Assembly: GCA_964035545.1 (NCBI GenBank) | Contig: OZ037765.1 | Span: 4,102,698-4,166,697, forward strand | Length of the DNA stretch: 64,000 nucleotides | From: Bugula neritina | Taxonomy: Eukaryota > Animalia > Bryozoa | Reading direction: 5' to 3' | Shown here: positions 49,784 through 60,967 of the stretch, piece after piece | Layout of the letters: the number at the start of each line of letters is the position of its first letter | Numbering within the stretch: the stretch's first letter is position 1 | Notes under the pieces: generated by a model | Told to the model about the DNA's origin: nothing | The model's input: only the letters and a program-made list of their open reading frames with translations | Databases searched by the model: none | Position numbers and translations under genes: made by a program

Positions 49784-52700
49784 ATACTACTACTACTACT
49801 GCTACTGCTAGTACTACTACTACTACTGCTAGTACTACTACTACTACTGTTACTACTACTACTGCTACTACTGCTACTGCTACTGCTGCTGCTGCTACTA
49901 CTACTTCGTTTGATCAAAATGATATATATTCCCATCTAATAACACTGCTGCTGCTGCTGCTACTGCTGCTACTACTGCTACTTCTATTTCCACTAGTATA
50001 TATTCCCATCTACTGCTGCTACTTCTGCTACTGCTACTACTAGTAATGGTGTATCTTCCCAACTAATAAAACTCATACTGAGAGATATTTTGGTGATTTA
50101 GGTTTCTCGACAAGTAAAACAGTTCCATTTCACTCAGTGGCCTGATCATGGAGTTCCAACCACCTCAGGACTTCTCAGTTTCCGACACAGAGTCAAGCAA
50201 GACATGTCTACTAGCTATAAGCCTGCTATTATCCACTGCAGGTAGGTTGTATCTGTTAGCTATAAGCCTGCTATTATCCACTGCAGGTAGGTTGTATCTG
50301 CTAGCTATAAGTCTGCTATAATCCACTGCAGGTAGGTTGTATCTACTAGCTATAAGTCTGCTATTATTCACTGCAGTATAACATCTGTTCATACCTTTTA
50401 TACACAAGAGTGGGATACTTGTAGTGCTGGTGTGGGAAGAACTGGTACATTCATAGGACTAGATATTCTTATAGAAGAAGGTAAGACAACTACTGCTGGT
50501 GGACAGAATGGAACTGTTGATGTGATGAAATGTGTGTATAATATGAGACTTAACAGGACACAGATGGTTCAGACCCAAGTATGTATTATCACTCTTAAGT
50601 TGCGTTTATACCTCTGCTGAAAAAAGTACCGAGTTTAAGTTAATAATGCTCGTCCGGGTACCCCTTTATAGTCAAACTGAAACTCGTTGAAATCATATTG
50701 ATGCGGTTGCTCACTTTCTGAAATTGAAATTTGACTCGCATAATAGCTATTTGATGCCTTTTGTAAACGTCGTGAATTAGTGAAGCGGACAGCATAAAAG
50801 CGATAATTGAGATGGTGTAGGCTATATAATTATAACCGTATAAGTACGTTGTCTAATCGCCAAAGTAATTACTAAATAACGATGTTTACAAGGAGTTATT
50901 ACTCTTATTTTAAAATTGGCCGATTAAGTTATCACAATACAAAAATTTTTACTAGTGGCTTTTACAATGCAATGCAACTCGGTGAAATTTCAACTCGGCC
51001 AAATTGAAATTCTGACCGAAAATCGTGAAGGTATAAACGCAACTTTATTATATGTCTTACTCTGTTATCATTATATTCAATATATGTATAGTGTGATTCT
51101 AATGATATAATGTATATGTTACCAGGTTATGTGTTACCCTTAGGCTATGTTCTCATCAATGTAATCTGTATTCTACCAACTGATCAATGTATAATATGCA
51201 GTATATCAGTATTTCACTCTATTCTATGGTTCATATTCTAGGAGCAATACTCTTTCCTCTATGAAATAGTCGCCGAGGCTTTAGACTGTGGAGATACTTC
51301 CATCGTCTGCTCCCAATTCTCTGAAACATTACAGAAACTGCATCAAGTTTGTGTATTTTATTTCTATTTCAAACGTATCACATTTTCATCAAAAAATACT
51401 TCTTATTTCTACGATGTTTTGTTCTTTATATATACTCATATTTAGCACCGTTCACTCTGTTGGTAATGAATGGATATTATTGGTTGTTAGAGACCTGCTA
51501 GAGGTCAGAGGTCAGTGTTAGAGCAACAGTTCAGGATGGTCAACGCAGCAACAGCTTCTTCCAAGCCTCGTCAGTTAATAAGTCCAAACGCAGTTTCCAA
51601 AGAAAATGTTGAGAAAAATAGAGATGAGACAGTTTTACCCAGTAGGTTCTGGTGTTTTCTCATCATCTGTAGTTTTAAAAGTTGTATAAATATAAACCTT
51701 CATGATCTGTAAAAATATTTTATGTAATTTTCAATAATATGTAAAATAATAATCTTATTTCGCATCGTGCTTCAGTAGACAGTTCATTGGGTTTTCTTCA
51801 TACAAGTTGTTTTTCCATTTGCATGTCTCTATGGTTCAATCAACTAATGCCAAACGCATATTTTGACCAAGTAGTGTCTATGTAGTCATCACATTGTGTC
51901 TTACAGCTGAAAGAAACTGCGTCTTTCTGCCATACATTAGTGACTCACGTAATGGCTACATCAACGCAGTCTACTGTGATGTAAGTTGATTCACTCCTCT
52001 TAATCTGAATGACATACATCTGCATTCTTTTGCTATCATAATATACTTTCAAGTTTCAATTAATTTTATTCATAAGTCAAAATTATTTACCATCTAGTTT
52101 TTTTGTAAGCTATTTTTATTTTGACCTGGTCAAGCAGTGTGTGTAGCTTCAGCCATGTTGATAAGATTTTATGTTATTTAAATGGCGTGTTTCTTTTTGC
52201 TTCCATTTTCTTTTTACGAAACTGCATTTTATTGAAATTTTGTTTACTTTAACTAAATTTCCCAAAAAAACTACTAAATCAAACTTTCCAAAAGTTGGAT
52301 TGAGTTAATTTCTAACTTTTAGACATTTTAATCACACATTTAATCTGCCACATTAAGACTATAACCTTCATATTGCCTACATATACACAGTGAATATCTT
52401 CACATTACCTACATATACGAAGTGAATAATATATATATTGTATGTGACTCTGTACACAGGGCTACCAGAACAGAAGGGGGTTTATTGTGACTCAGACTCC
52501 TTTGACAGATACAGCTGAAGACTTCTGGCATATGACAGTAGACAACAAGTGCCCTGTTATAGTGTACCTGAATGACTGTCTGGTATGTAGATATACCATG
52601 TGTGTAGTCCTCTGCACTATATGTATGTTTGATGTGCTATAAATGTAGTTTATATATTTCTCATTCTGAGATCTGTTTTATTAAAAAATTTCAGAGTTAT

Positions 52701-54081
52701 TGGACTAAATTGTTATTTAGTTCATTATATATTACTTTACAATTGTTTATAAGGATGCCTTAGTGCTTGATAATGTACAGATATACACTTGACAGTGAGA
52801 GACAACTCCTATGTGGTTTCACTTTAGAATGAGAAAGTCTATTGGCCGACCAATGGAGGTGAGAAGTTTCAGTTTGGTAAAGTGAGCATAGAGAATACAT
52901 ATTCTCAGGAAATACTGAATATGGAGACAGGAGGTGGTGTGGAGACTAAGTTGACCTGTACTCATGGGAATGTAAGAGATGGGACATTTTATTTATTACA
53001 ATTAGTTATCTTTTATATTACTCATGGTGTCTGTACCTAAAAACCTCATATTATGATCTAATAGCCAAAGCATACATACTACATGTAGTGGATAGCAGGC
53101 TAAAAGACCTTGACCTGTATGACACGACCTTGTTTCACTTGTTGCTATATATAAATGTAACACCATTTAGTTATATACTATTCTGCTGCTTCATTTCTAA
53201 ATACCTACCTATTTGGTTTATTGTTCTGAATTGTAAATAACTGATATAAGTGCAAGTATGTATTTCATCTTATTATGTAATACACATCTTATTATATAGC
53301 ACACAATTGTCATATCTGACCAGCGTTTTATTGATCTGTGGACTTTCTGTAGACCAGCCATGAAGTTACTCTGTTCGAAGTGAAGATTGCTGATGGTAAA
53401 TTACTCTCAACCAATCAGCTTACAGCTCTCTGTAATAAACTAGAGAAGTATACAACTGCAGGTCATCCCCCCATTACAGTACAGTGTCTGTAAGTTACCT
53501 TCCCCTCTCCCTCCTATCAGCAGCATATCTGTGATATTTGTAAACTCTAATATGACTCTAATGTATGCATAATTTTAAACTGTGATCTTATGAAAGCAGC
53601 TTTGTAAAATTATTATATTTAGTTTGGAATTATCATCACTTGTCTGTCAAAGGATATGAATACAGAGTAATTATACTCACTGTGTTGTAGTAATGGTAGT
53701 AGACTGAGTGGTATTCTAGTGATAGCCATGAATCTCTACCTCAGAGCTCGTATGGATCAGGAAGTTGATGTCGTTTTGGAGGTGAAACTGGCTCGTAGAA
53801 GTAGACCTCAGTTTATAGCTGACTCTGTAAGTTCTCTACTTATCACACAGTCTCTCTGAACATTTTCTCTCTTTATTTTACTTCATAAAGACTCAGTCTG
53901 TGAATCTTTCAGATGTTTATTGAAAAACTACAGTATCTGCTAAATATATAATCTCTTCATCCTGAAATACGAAATTGCGTTTGCTCATTATAATTCAATG
54001 TTGTAGGAGTCGTTTGACCTTCTCTATGAATTTGTGTCCTCTTATCTCTCTGACTTTAATGATTACTCCAACTTCCGCTAG
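19573..54081 (+). CDS. Receptor-type protein tyrosine phosphatase, copy B (apparently complete, 28 coding exons, 1499 aa): SP-PAN-PAN-unknown domain-FN3 repeats-stalk(RKKR)-TM-D1-D2
   Basis: Exons 19573-19624 (MVLLKLQVAVFVLATVD signal peptide), 20559-20813, 22987-23250, 32822-33316, 42188-42505, 42633-42730, 43017-43203, 43699-43811, 44007-44217, 44375-44749, 44900-45059, 45172-45242, 45662-45900, 46268-46352, 47264-47334, 47726-47762, 49019-49116, 49201-49332, 50102-50241, 50425-50578, 51242-51346, 51491-51641, 51907-51980, 52460-52582, 52828-52971, 53353-53489, 53691-53826, 54007-54081. All are GT-AG with compatible phases and sum to 4500 nt. Linkage of the four 5' exons to the rest is inferred from phase, not from transcripts. 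Confidence 0.85.
20559..20813 (+). CDS. PAN/apple-like domain exon 1 of RPTP copy B
   Basis: Cys pattern C...ECRTQC.....CASINY......CEL...C, typical of PAN modules; phase 1-1 exon. Confidence 0.8.
20937..22057. mobile_element. hAT-type MITE with (AATTAC)n subterminal repeats
   Basis: TIR CAGGGTTGGGGT / ACCCCAACCCTG, 8-bp TSD ATACAATC on both sides. Confidence 0.9.
21151..21790. mobile_element. Palindromic MITE nested in the hAT MITE
   Basis: Ends GTCATTCCATACCA / TGGCATGGAATGAC and ~200-bp imperfect inverted arms; exact ends and TSD uncertain. Confidence 0.7.
22987..23250 (+). CDS. PAN/apple-like domain exon 2 of RPTP copy B
   Basis: DCMSFC...NCSSIV......CEI...YQYF four-Cys PAN-like core; phase 1-1 exon. 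Confidence 0.7.
23523..23812. mobile_element. 290-bp MITE with TA TSD
   Basis: ~50-bp near-perfect TIR CCCCCTATTCACACTTACCGTATCGTACGCCGTAACAGCAAAT; TA on both sides. Confidence 0.88.
24604..25556 (+). pseudogene. gag: Gag of element 2 with CCHC knuckle; frameshifted near the N-terminus
   Basis: METENAGTQPP start as in the other copies; a short tandem duplication (GTAGAGACAATGC twice) breaks the frame; CWECGNQGHFRRYC in ORF 24774-25556. Confidence 0.85.
25505..30041 (+). pseudogene. pol: Pol of element 2, disrupted
   Basis: PR, RT, RH and IN split over ORFs 25445-26419, 26419-27639, 27596-29395 and 29408-~30040 by small deletions (~26410, ~27550) and a CAG>TAG stop (~29393). Confidence 0.92.
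30329..31140 (+). pseudogene. Divergent ORF3 homolog of element 2 (zinc fingers + coiled coil), frameshifted; true start probably near 30117
   Basis: CQICGEECASHRSLKLHVNAH-LLTFCPCG aligns with CNLCQQRFTTHRRLKVHLPQH-ITTFCPCG; after a frameshift near 30680, YVVDAQLYPKFLTLIKPLV aligns with YEVDESSYPAFLNAIKPLI; the C-terminal heptad region also aligns. Confidence 0.8.
33346..40773 (-). mobile_element. Ty3/Gypsy LTR retrotransposon element 3 (subfamily A), full length, gag/pol disrupted, intronic and antisense
   Basis: LTRs at 33346-33650 and 40470-40773, TSD ATAA, PBS; gag-pol broken into ORFs 39765-40436, 39006-39398, 38662-38976, 38164-38646 and 35005-38097. Confidence 0.97.
33914..34987 (-). 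CDS. ORF3 of element 3 (357 aa, intact)
   Basis: ~95% identical in protein to element 1 ORF3, no indels. Confidence 0.88.
   Translation of the reverse strand: METSSMPVNSELIHQIESELLGTTFHVNDDEDTVMADGLLDLELDTVLGQSTHDSSVPRVHSKSCDSQANNSRQSLELCCKDPPRSNNNSTFVDTLAPVSPGMPSLEMALDPEPAPTTSTTRQLPHQLEATSNWITPATEREIRTHQGGESNRECNLCQQRFTTHRRLKVHLPQHYITTFCPCGEYSYNRDYLLRHQRTMQCFQGHVYEVDESSYPAFLNAIRPLITDPARLSRLEQGFPSPRPIISGATDKPTQSTNSPPHSPLRHPHTFPCVVLQRVDTKAYTLPPPLPSSERKRHRQQTSSRSSPLARNLREVEARAHDLEQEVYRLAPRVHAASSELKYLQESIKRMKRAAHS
41468..42023 (+). mobile_element. Probable solo LTR (unrelated family)
   Basis: TGTGGTA...TACTACA ends, GTAG on both sides, internal TATAAA (~41845) followed by AATAAA (~41919). Confidence 0.6.
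43227..43570. mobile_element. PIF/Harbinger-like MITE, internally deleted relative of 23816-32398, opposite orientation
   Basis: ~70-bp TIRs, TTA TSD. Confidence 0.9.
46547..46973. mobile_element. Probable solo LTR (unrelated family)
   Basis: TGTTGTGA...TCTCACA ends, ATAG TSD, absent from the equivalent copy A intron (~10355). Confidence 0.75.
47040..47250. repeat. ~25-bp AT-rich minisatellite (TATATATTTCATACTTGTAATATAC), ~8 units
   Basis: Direct reading; a single related unit is present in copy A (~10340). Confidence 0.85.
47462..47579. repeat. (GT)/(GCGT) compound microsatellite
   Basis: Direct reading. Confidence 0.95.
47803..48139. repeat. 33-bp minisatellite, ~10 units
   Basis: Unit GTATATGGTGTATAGTAATGTGTATATAATACT; replaces the (AT)n region of copy A. 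Confidence 0.93.
49346..49905. repeat. Imperfect (ACT/GCT)n microsatellite, intronic
   Basis: Direct reading. Confidence 0.98.
50242..50376 (+). repeat. 45-bp minisatellite, 3 units (copy B)
   Basis: Same unit as 12964-13368. Confidence 0.97.
50598..51044. mobile_element. PIF/Harbinger-like MITE
   Basis: 16-bp perfect TIR AGTTGCGTTTATACCT, TTA TSD, empty site in copy A (~13587). Confidence 0.88.
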
Positions 54082-55240
54082 AACTTGTCTCTCAGCTGCA
54101 GCTGTAGGAAGATCTTGTCTGATGGATTTACACTGCACTATGTCTTCTATACACATATGCGCCTTTTTTCCGTATTTTGCAAAGTTAATTATTCAATATT
54201 AATGCTTTATTTGGTAATATTTTTGATATTATAAATTTATGTATTTTTTTCATTTCCATTATATTTTTTAGCATATCACGTATGCAAAGAAACTCTTTCA
54301 TGCTATTTCTATTTCATAGTTTATTGTAAATTTTGATTTTTGTATTTATCTATTGATGGTTCTAAGTGATTCGATCAAATAAATTAAAATGTGATAATGA
54401 AACCATCTAAAACTTGAAATGAAAAATGCAGTTAGCAGTGCCTATAATGCTATCTGTCAGCTAAAATTAAGTTGGTGCTACTTTAAATTTATTTCATACA
54501 TCCCTTATCACAATCGGACACAGCATACACTTTAACTTATCAGTTCAAGCTCATAACATATTATCTGCCTTTTCTGACAGCAATTTGTTTAGATCATCTA
54601 ATTCTTGCATCTTAAAACTTCACAAGCTTTCCTAAGTTATCTCAATGTTAAGCAGTCATACAGATATTGTTATGTTTTTCAGATTTAGGGTCGATGTGCC
54701 ACCAAGAGAGTCTATTTATCACTAGAGAAAGTTCACCGAGTTAAGTCGAGTAGATATCGTTATATTTGAACACAAGAATACATAATAAAATCTAATATAC
54801 AACAGTAATAATACGCACGTCTATTTAATTTACGGCACTATCCTCAACTGAGCTAGTAGCGCGAAGCTGCTACTATTACTCATAAACAGCCTAGCTAATT
54901 GGCTAATACATTGTTCCGGGTCAATACGCAACCTTGCGTATTGTGTTGCTGGTAGCTCCACGAGCCACCACACTGCCCCCTCCAGCAGAAAGCCCTCTTT
55001 CTGATAAAAATATAATTCACAAAAAAAAACGTATACTTCGTTGTTGAGAGAGAGAACAGTATAAAAGTATGTACAAAAAAAAACAACCGATAAAATATAC
55101 AGGTATACATATAAAACGTGCACAATGTGTAATATGTAAGAGAAGGTCCTATTTACATGTAGAGTACGTGCCACCATAACGGTAGGGAATGCCACAGAGA
55201 GGTAGGGGAAGAGTAGTATGGAGTTGGAGATAGACTCATG

Positions 55241-56314
55241 TTAACTGCGGGCCGCACGCCTCATGCGTTTAATAGACTCCTGTAGATATTTGAGTTCACT
55301 GGATGCAGCCTGCACCCGTGGGGCCAGTCTATACACTTCTTGCTCTAGGTCGTGTGCCCTAGCTTCTACTTCACGTAGGTTGCGGGCCAGGGGGGACGAA
55401 CGAGAGGAAGTCTGCTGTCTGTGTCTTTTCCGTTCTGCGGATGGAAGGGGAGGAGGAAGTGTATACGCCTTCGTGTCTACCCTCTGTAGCACGACACGGG
55501 GGAAGGTATGCGGGTGGCGTAGAGGACTGTGAGGTGGAGAGTTAGTTGACTGTATAGGTTTATCTGCGGATCCAGAGATGATTGGTCGCGGGGAGGGAAA
55601 GCCTTGCTCCAGGCGAGATAGCCGAGCTGGGTCAGTGATGAGGGGTTTGATGGCGTTGAGAAATGCAGGATATGATGATTCGTCTACTTCATAGACGTGT
55701 CCTTGATAACACTGCATAGTGCGTTGGTGACGCAGTAGGTAATCACGATTGTAACTATATTCTCCACAAGGGCAGAACGTGGTGATGTAATGCTGCGGCA
55801 AGTGTACTTTCAGCCTGCGGTGGGTTGTAAATCGCTGCTGGCAGAGATTGCATTCGCGGTTACCATCACCTCCTTGATGAGTCTTAATCTCTCTCTCTGT
55901 GGCAGGGGTAATCCAGTTGGAGGTTGCTTCCAACTGGGGTGGCAGTTGCCTGGTTGTAGAAGTTGTTGGGGCCGGCTCTGGGTCCCACGCCATCTCTAGA
56001 GAAGGCATGCCCGGAGAGACGGGCGCGAGTGTGTCTACAAAAGTAGAATTATTGTTAGATCGCGGTGGATCTTTACAACATAATTCTAGTGACTGTCGAC
56101 TGTTACTAGCCTGAGAGTCACAGCTTTTGGAATGCACTCGAGGAACCGATGAATCATGTGTGGACTGACCAAGAACAGTGTCTAGCTCCAGGTCTAACAG
56201 ACCGTCGGCCATTACAGTGTCCTCGTCGTCATTCACATGAAACGTGGTTCCCAGTAATTCTGATTCAATCTGCTGAATTAGTTCAGAATTTACTGGCATC
56301 GAGCTCGTTTCCAT
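55241..56314 (-). CDS. ORF3 of element 4 (357 aa, intact)
   Basis: Same length and motifs as in elements 1 and 3. Confidence 0.88.
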   Translation of the reverse strand: METSSMPVNSELIQQIESELLGTTFHVNDDEDTVMADGLLDLELDTVLGQSTHDSSVPRVHSKSCDSQASNSRQSLELCCKDPPRSNNNSTFVDTLAPVSPGMPSLEMAWDPEPAPTTSTTRQLPPQLEATSNWITPATEREIKTHQGGDGNRECNLCQQRFTTHRRLKVHLPQHYITTFCPCGEYSYNRDYLLRHQRTMQCYQGHVYEVDESSYPAFLNAIKPLITDPARLSRLEQGFPSPRPIISGSADKPIQSTNSPPHSPLRHPHTFPRVVLQRVDTKAYTLPPPLPSAERKRHRQQTSSRSSPLARNLREVEARAHDLEQEVYRLAPRVQAASSELKYLQESIKRMRRAARS

Positions 56315-56331
56315 GAATAGGAATACAAGAC

Positions 56332-59300
56332 TTATACTGGCTTACCTGGGAACTCGGTATTAATGTCCATACTCAACGTTCTTGGTAAGATTGGAGCTGG
56401 TTGTGAGATACGTCTGCCTTTGGCGATGTCAGCATAAGAAAAGGCTGAGCATCGTTTCTGAGGCACGAGGTCGGAACTATTTGCTTTACGCGCATTAATT
56501 CCTCCCACTATTCCGCCCTCGCAAAAGTTGATATTTGCGTGGGGTTCACAACTCCAACATTTTACCGTACGGTTTTCCCCTAGACTTTCATGCGTGCCGC
56601 TTCTAATGCAGTCACATACGAAGTCTTTTAAATATGGTGGGGGTTTCCTCGTACGCTGTCCCCGTTCTAGGGGGGGGGGGGGTGACACGCTCGCCGGTTC
56701 GTTAGTAGGGGCCTCTAATGGCGTCTCTACTTCACCGTTAGCGGTCACCTCTTCTTGTTCTCCGGATGGAGCCCCTCCCTCCGTGGAGGTTTGCACTTCC
56801 GGAACCGGCTCGGTTTCTGGAAGTGATGGAATTAGACTTGGCGGTGGCGGACACGCTTCTGTTGACAAAAGCTGCCGTTCCTCTCTCACCAAGTTTTCTT
56901 CCCGCGGTATGACCACTTCGTATTCAGGTCCATGCCGCCGTCGCCCGCGCGTTGTTGTCTGCCTCCTGGGCTCCAACAACGGGGGGGCTTCTCCCACTCC
57001 GTCGGGGCTAGCCCAATACGGTTTCAAGCGAGACTCATTCTGGATAGACACCTGTCCTGAGCGCTCAATCTTGTACGTATGATTGGGCATAGCCTCGACA
57101 ATCACGTAGGGTCCTACGAACTTAGGCTTCAGTTTATCAGCCTGTCCGCGACGCCTACGGTAATTGACCATCCACACCTTATCTCCCGTTTGGTAGAGAG
57201 GTGGCTCATCGGAATCTTCGTGCCGCACCTTCCACTGCTGTTTGCGCAGTATATCGTGTGCGGCCTTCATCCGTTCCACTAGTTCACTGGCATACTCGTG
57301 AACCGAGTTGTCTTGCTCTGGAACGTGGTAGGTGAGATGGTCAGGGACACGAGTCTCTCTCCCGAGCATCAAGAGGTTTGGGGTCTCACCAGTACTGGTG
57401 TGTGGGGTGCTACGGTATGCACGCATGACTTGCGGCAACACCAAATCCCATTCCTCTTGGTCTCGTCCAAGGAGGAGACTCCGGAGCGCATCACCTAGCA
57501 TCCGGTTGTTGCGCTCCACCACCCCGTTACCTTGAGGATGGTAGGGGGTGGTCCGGCTCTGATTTACTCCCCAGAGGTGGCAAAGGTCGCTCATCAGTTG
57601 AGACTGGAATTGAGCGCCTTGATCAGAGTGTATCTGTTCGGGAAGCCCAAAATAACAGAATACATGTTGGTCTAGTGCCCTGGCCACTGTTGGGGCTGAT
57701 GCATCTGGGATAGCCAGAGCATCCGCCCACCTAGTAAAGTGGTCGGTTAGTACTAGAATCCAATTATTGCCTCTGGGGGTCAGGGGCATGGGTCCGACCA
57801 GGTCTACAGCGACTACTTGCCAGGGCCTACCAGCATATAGCCTCCGCCGTCCTGCTTCACCAGGGGGGCGGCTATGCTTGCTGGCCTGGCAGATCTCACA
57901 CTGTTTGACTCTGAGTCGGACGTCACGCTCCATTTGTGGCCAATACCACCGGAGTCGTAATTTGGATATCACTCTCTTGACCCCTGCGTGGGCCTGTTTG
58001 TGAGTATCCCAAATCAACTCACGGCAGATGGCCGTGGGGCAGACTACCCTCTTCCTCTCCGGGTGTCTGCCGCTGGCGGCTAGAGAGATGGTTAGTAACC
58101 CATCCTGCCCGATCCGCAGCGAGTCCCAATGCTGACAGTATAGCCGGAACTCGGCGCATCCCTGTCGTATGCGTTCCTCGCTGGGTCGTCGCCCTTCCCT
58201 TTTGGCCCGATATATGTCGGCCACGACTCCAGGCAGCTCTTCTTGGAGCTTCTTCAGCTCTCGAACATTACCGGCCAGTACAGGGTTGGCGCGGAGGTTT
58301 TGTACACCCTCCGGGGACTCATCAACTCCCTGCCTGAGTTGACCCTGGTCCCAGTCAAACGGTGCTCCGTTGTGAGCCAGCGTCTCCAACTCGCATCGCG
58401 GGGGACCTCCATCCCTCCTCTCGATGTTGAGACACTGTTTGCAACCTCCGTCAGGTCGGCGACTCAACCCATCCGCATTGCTGTGTCTCTTGCCCGGTCG
58501 ATGTTCGATCCGGTATGAGAATTCAGCTAGGATTTCGAGCCACCGGGCGACCTGACTAGGGGGCTCTGCTCTCTTGCACAACCAGATCAGCGAGGCATGA
58601 TCCGTACGCAGCCGGAACTTCCTGCCATATAGGTATGGTCTGAAGTGCTTCACTGACTTGATTACTGCCAGCAGCTCCTTGCGGGTAGTGCAGTAATTTC
58701 GTTCAGCGGGTGAGAGAGACTTGCTGTAGTAGGCTACTACTACCTCTCGGCCTTCCTGCACTTGTGACAGCACAGCGCCAACATTTTGGTCACTGGCGTC
58801 CGTGTCGAGGATGTACTCCAGAGTGGGGTCTGGGTAGGCCAAGATGGGCGCCGTTAGTAGGCAGCCCTTGAGGCGGTCGAACGCTCCTTGTTCGACTGGT
58901 GTCCACTGCCACGTCACTCCCTTTGCGGTGAGCCGATTTAACGGCTGTGCTATGCCCGCAAAGTCTGGTATGTATTGCCTGTAATACCCTACCAGCTCCC
59001 AGAAAGCCCGGAGTCCGGTCAAGTCTTGGGGGGTGACCCAGTCTTCTATTGCCCGTACCTTCTCGGGATCCGTTGCCACGCCGTTTCGACCGACAACGTG
59101 CCCCAGGTACTTAACCTCTGGCTGCAATAGAGCGCACTTGGAAGGTTTGAGCTTAAGACCGGCACCTCGGAGTCTCTCAAAGACCTCCTGTAGACGACTG
59201 ACATGCGTCTCGAAGTCTGGGGAGATCACGATGACATCATCGAGGTAGACCAGCAGCGTCTTCCAATGGAGCCCGCTAAGGACTTGCTCCATCAGCCTCT

Positions 59301-60967
59301 GGAAGGTGGCCGGGGCGGAGGTTAACCCGAAGGGTAGCACCTTCCACTTCCACAACCCGTCCCGTGTGATAAACGCCGCTTTCTCCTGGGCGTTGGGACT
59401 CAGAGGGACTTGCCAATAGCCGCTCAGCAAGTCTAACGTACTGAAGTACTTGCTGCCGGCTAGGGCGTCCAATGACTCGTCAATACGAGGTAGAGGGTAG
59501 GCGTCCTGTATGGTTACGTTGTTGAGTTTGCGGTAATCCACACAGAACCGCCAACTGCCGTCTTTCTTCCGGACCAGTACGACCGGTGAGCTCCACGCGC
59601 TATGGGCGGGCTCTATGAGGCCGCGGTCCAGAAGATCCCGTACTTGTCGGCTAACCTCCTTCTCTTTTTCCGGCCCCAGCCTGCGTGTGGGCTGCCGGAC
59701 AGGGACTGTCCCTGCAGTCAGCGGTATTTCGTGTCTGACAACTCCAGTCAGCCCCACGTCATGATCTCCGCTACTGAACACATCACCGTAGTCGCGTAGC
59801 AACTTCGCCATAGCTCGGCGTTCCTTGTTGCTCGCGCAGCCGCCACAGGCTGTTTCATATAACTCCCGGAGATGTGTTGGGACCGCCCCTCGTCCCTGAA
59901 TAGGGTGTCGAGGGGGTGCCTCCGTCGCGTCACCCAGCGACGGGCCCACGTCCTCTTCCTGGACGGAGTGGAACCGGCCCAGCATTGATCCAGCTGGGAG
60001 CTCAATGGGCTCGGTAAAGGGGTTGACACACTGCACTAAGACCTCCCCCCGCTCAGTTAGTCGGTTTAAACTACTGGCGAGTTGGATCCTTTCGTGCGCG
60101 CCTTCAACGACCCCGAGCCTGGCTATCCGGTTGCTGTTCACTCGGCAGTGGATAGTAGCTCTGGAGCGTCCGGGCACGGTGCAGTTTCAAACTACCTGAA
60201 CACCGCCCACCAGAGGACGCCCAAACTTATCCACACAGGCGAGTTCTCGCCCGCCCATCAGCACCACCGACTTGCTAAAGTCTATTCGGCACTGGTGTTG
60301 CTTCAAGAAGGGCATTCCGAGGATAGCATCTTCCTCCAGTTGACTTATGACAAAGGTCTCCTGTACAGCCTGGTCTCGGACACGCCCAGGGAGCTCGATA
60401 ATACCATAAAAGGGAATACATGACCCGTCTGCCAGGGTGCCATGTTCCCCCGTATACGGTCGTACTCTATCCCTGTCCCGGCGGGGCAGTGCCTCAAAGA
60501 CTCTACGACTGAGAAGGTTGGTAGTACAACCGGAGTCGAGCAGGAAAGTGACGGCGTTGCCGGCCACCTTTCCGGGTAGGAAATAGCTCTCTCCATGTGG
60601 TTGTACTTTCACCCCCCCCCCCCGCATGTGCTGTCCTAGATTGGTAGGACGGCGGGGGTTTCACCCGTGGTTTACGAGGTTTCCGGCGGCGAGGCTGGTG
60701 CCGGCGGGGTTTGGGGCTCTCCACTGGGCCTTCTGGCTCCATCTCAGTGGTGGGCTCCTCTTCCCGAGGTAACCGGTGGAACCGGTTGGTGAGTGGCAGG
60801 GAGAAGGTACTCGGCCGTTGTGCGGGCCTACTAGTCCTGCGTGGTACCTGCCACTCGGGTGGAGTGTTCCGTCGTGTCCGTACGGACAGACGACGGCGTG
60901 TCCCACCATACTCCTTCAGTTGCGGCCCGCGGGGAGGGAGAGCGTCCGCGGGCCGTGACAGTTTAAC
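56332..60967 (-). pseudogene. pol: Pol, element 4; nonsense codon (CGA>TGA) at 60187-60189 and out-of-frame G12 run at 60612-60623
   Basis: ORFs 60187-60627 and 56332-60177 are in the same frame, separated by one stop where element 1 has Arg. Confidence 0.9.
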
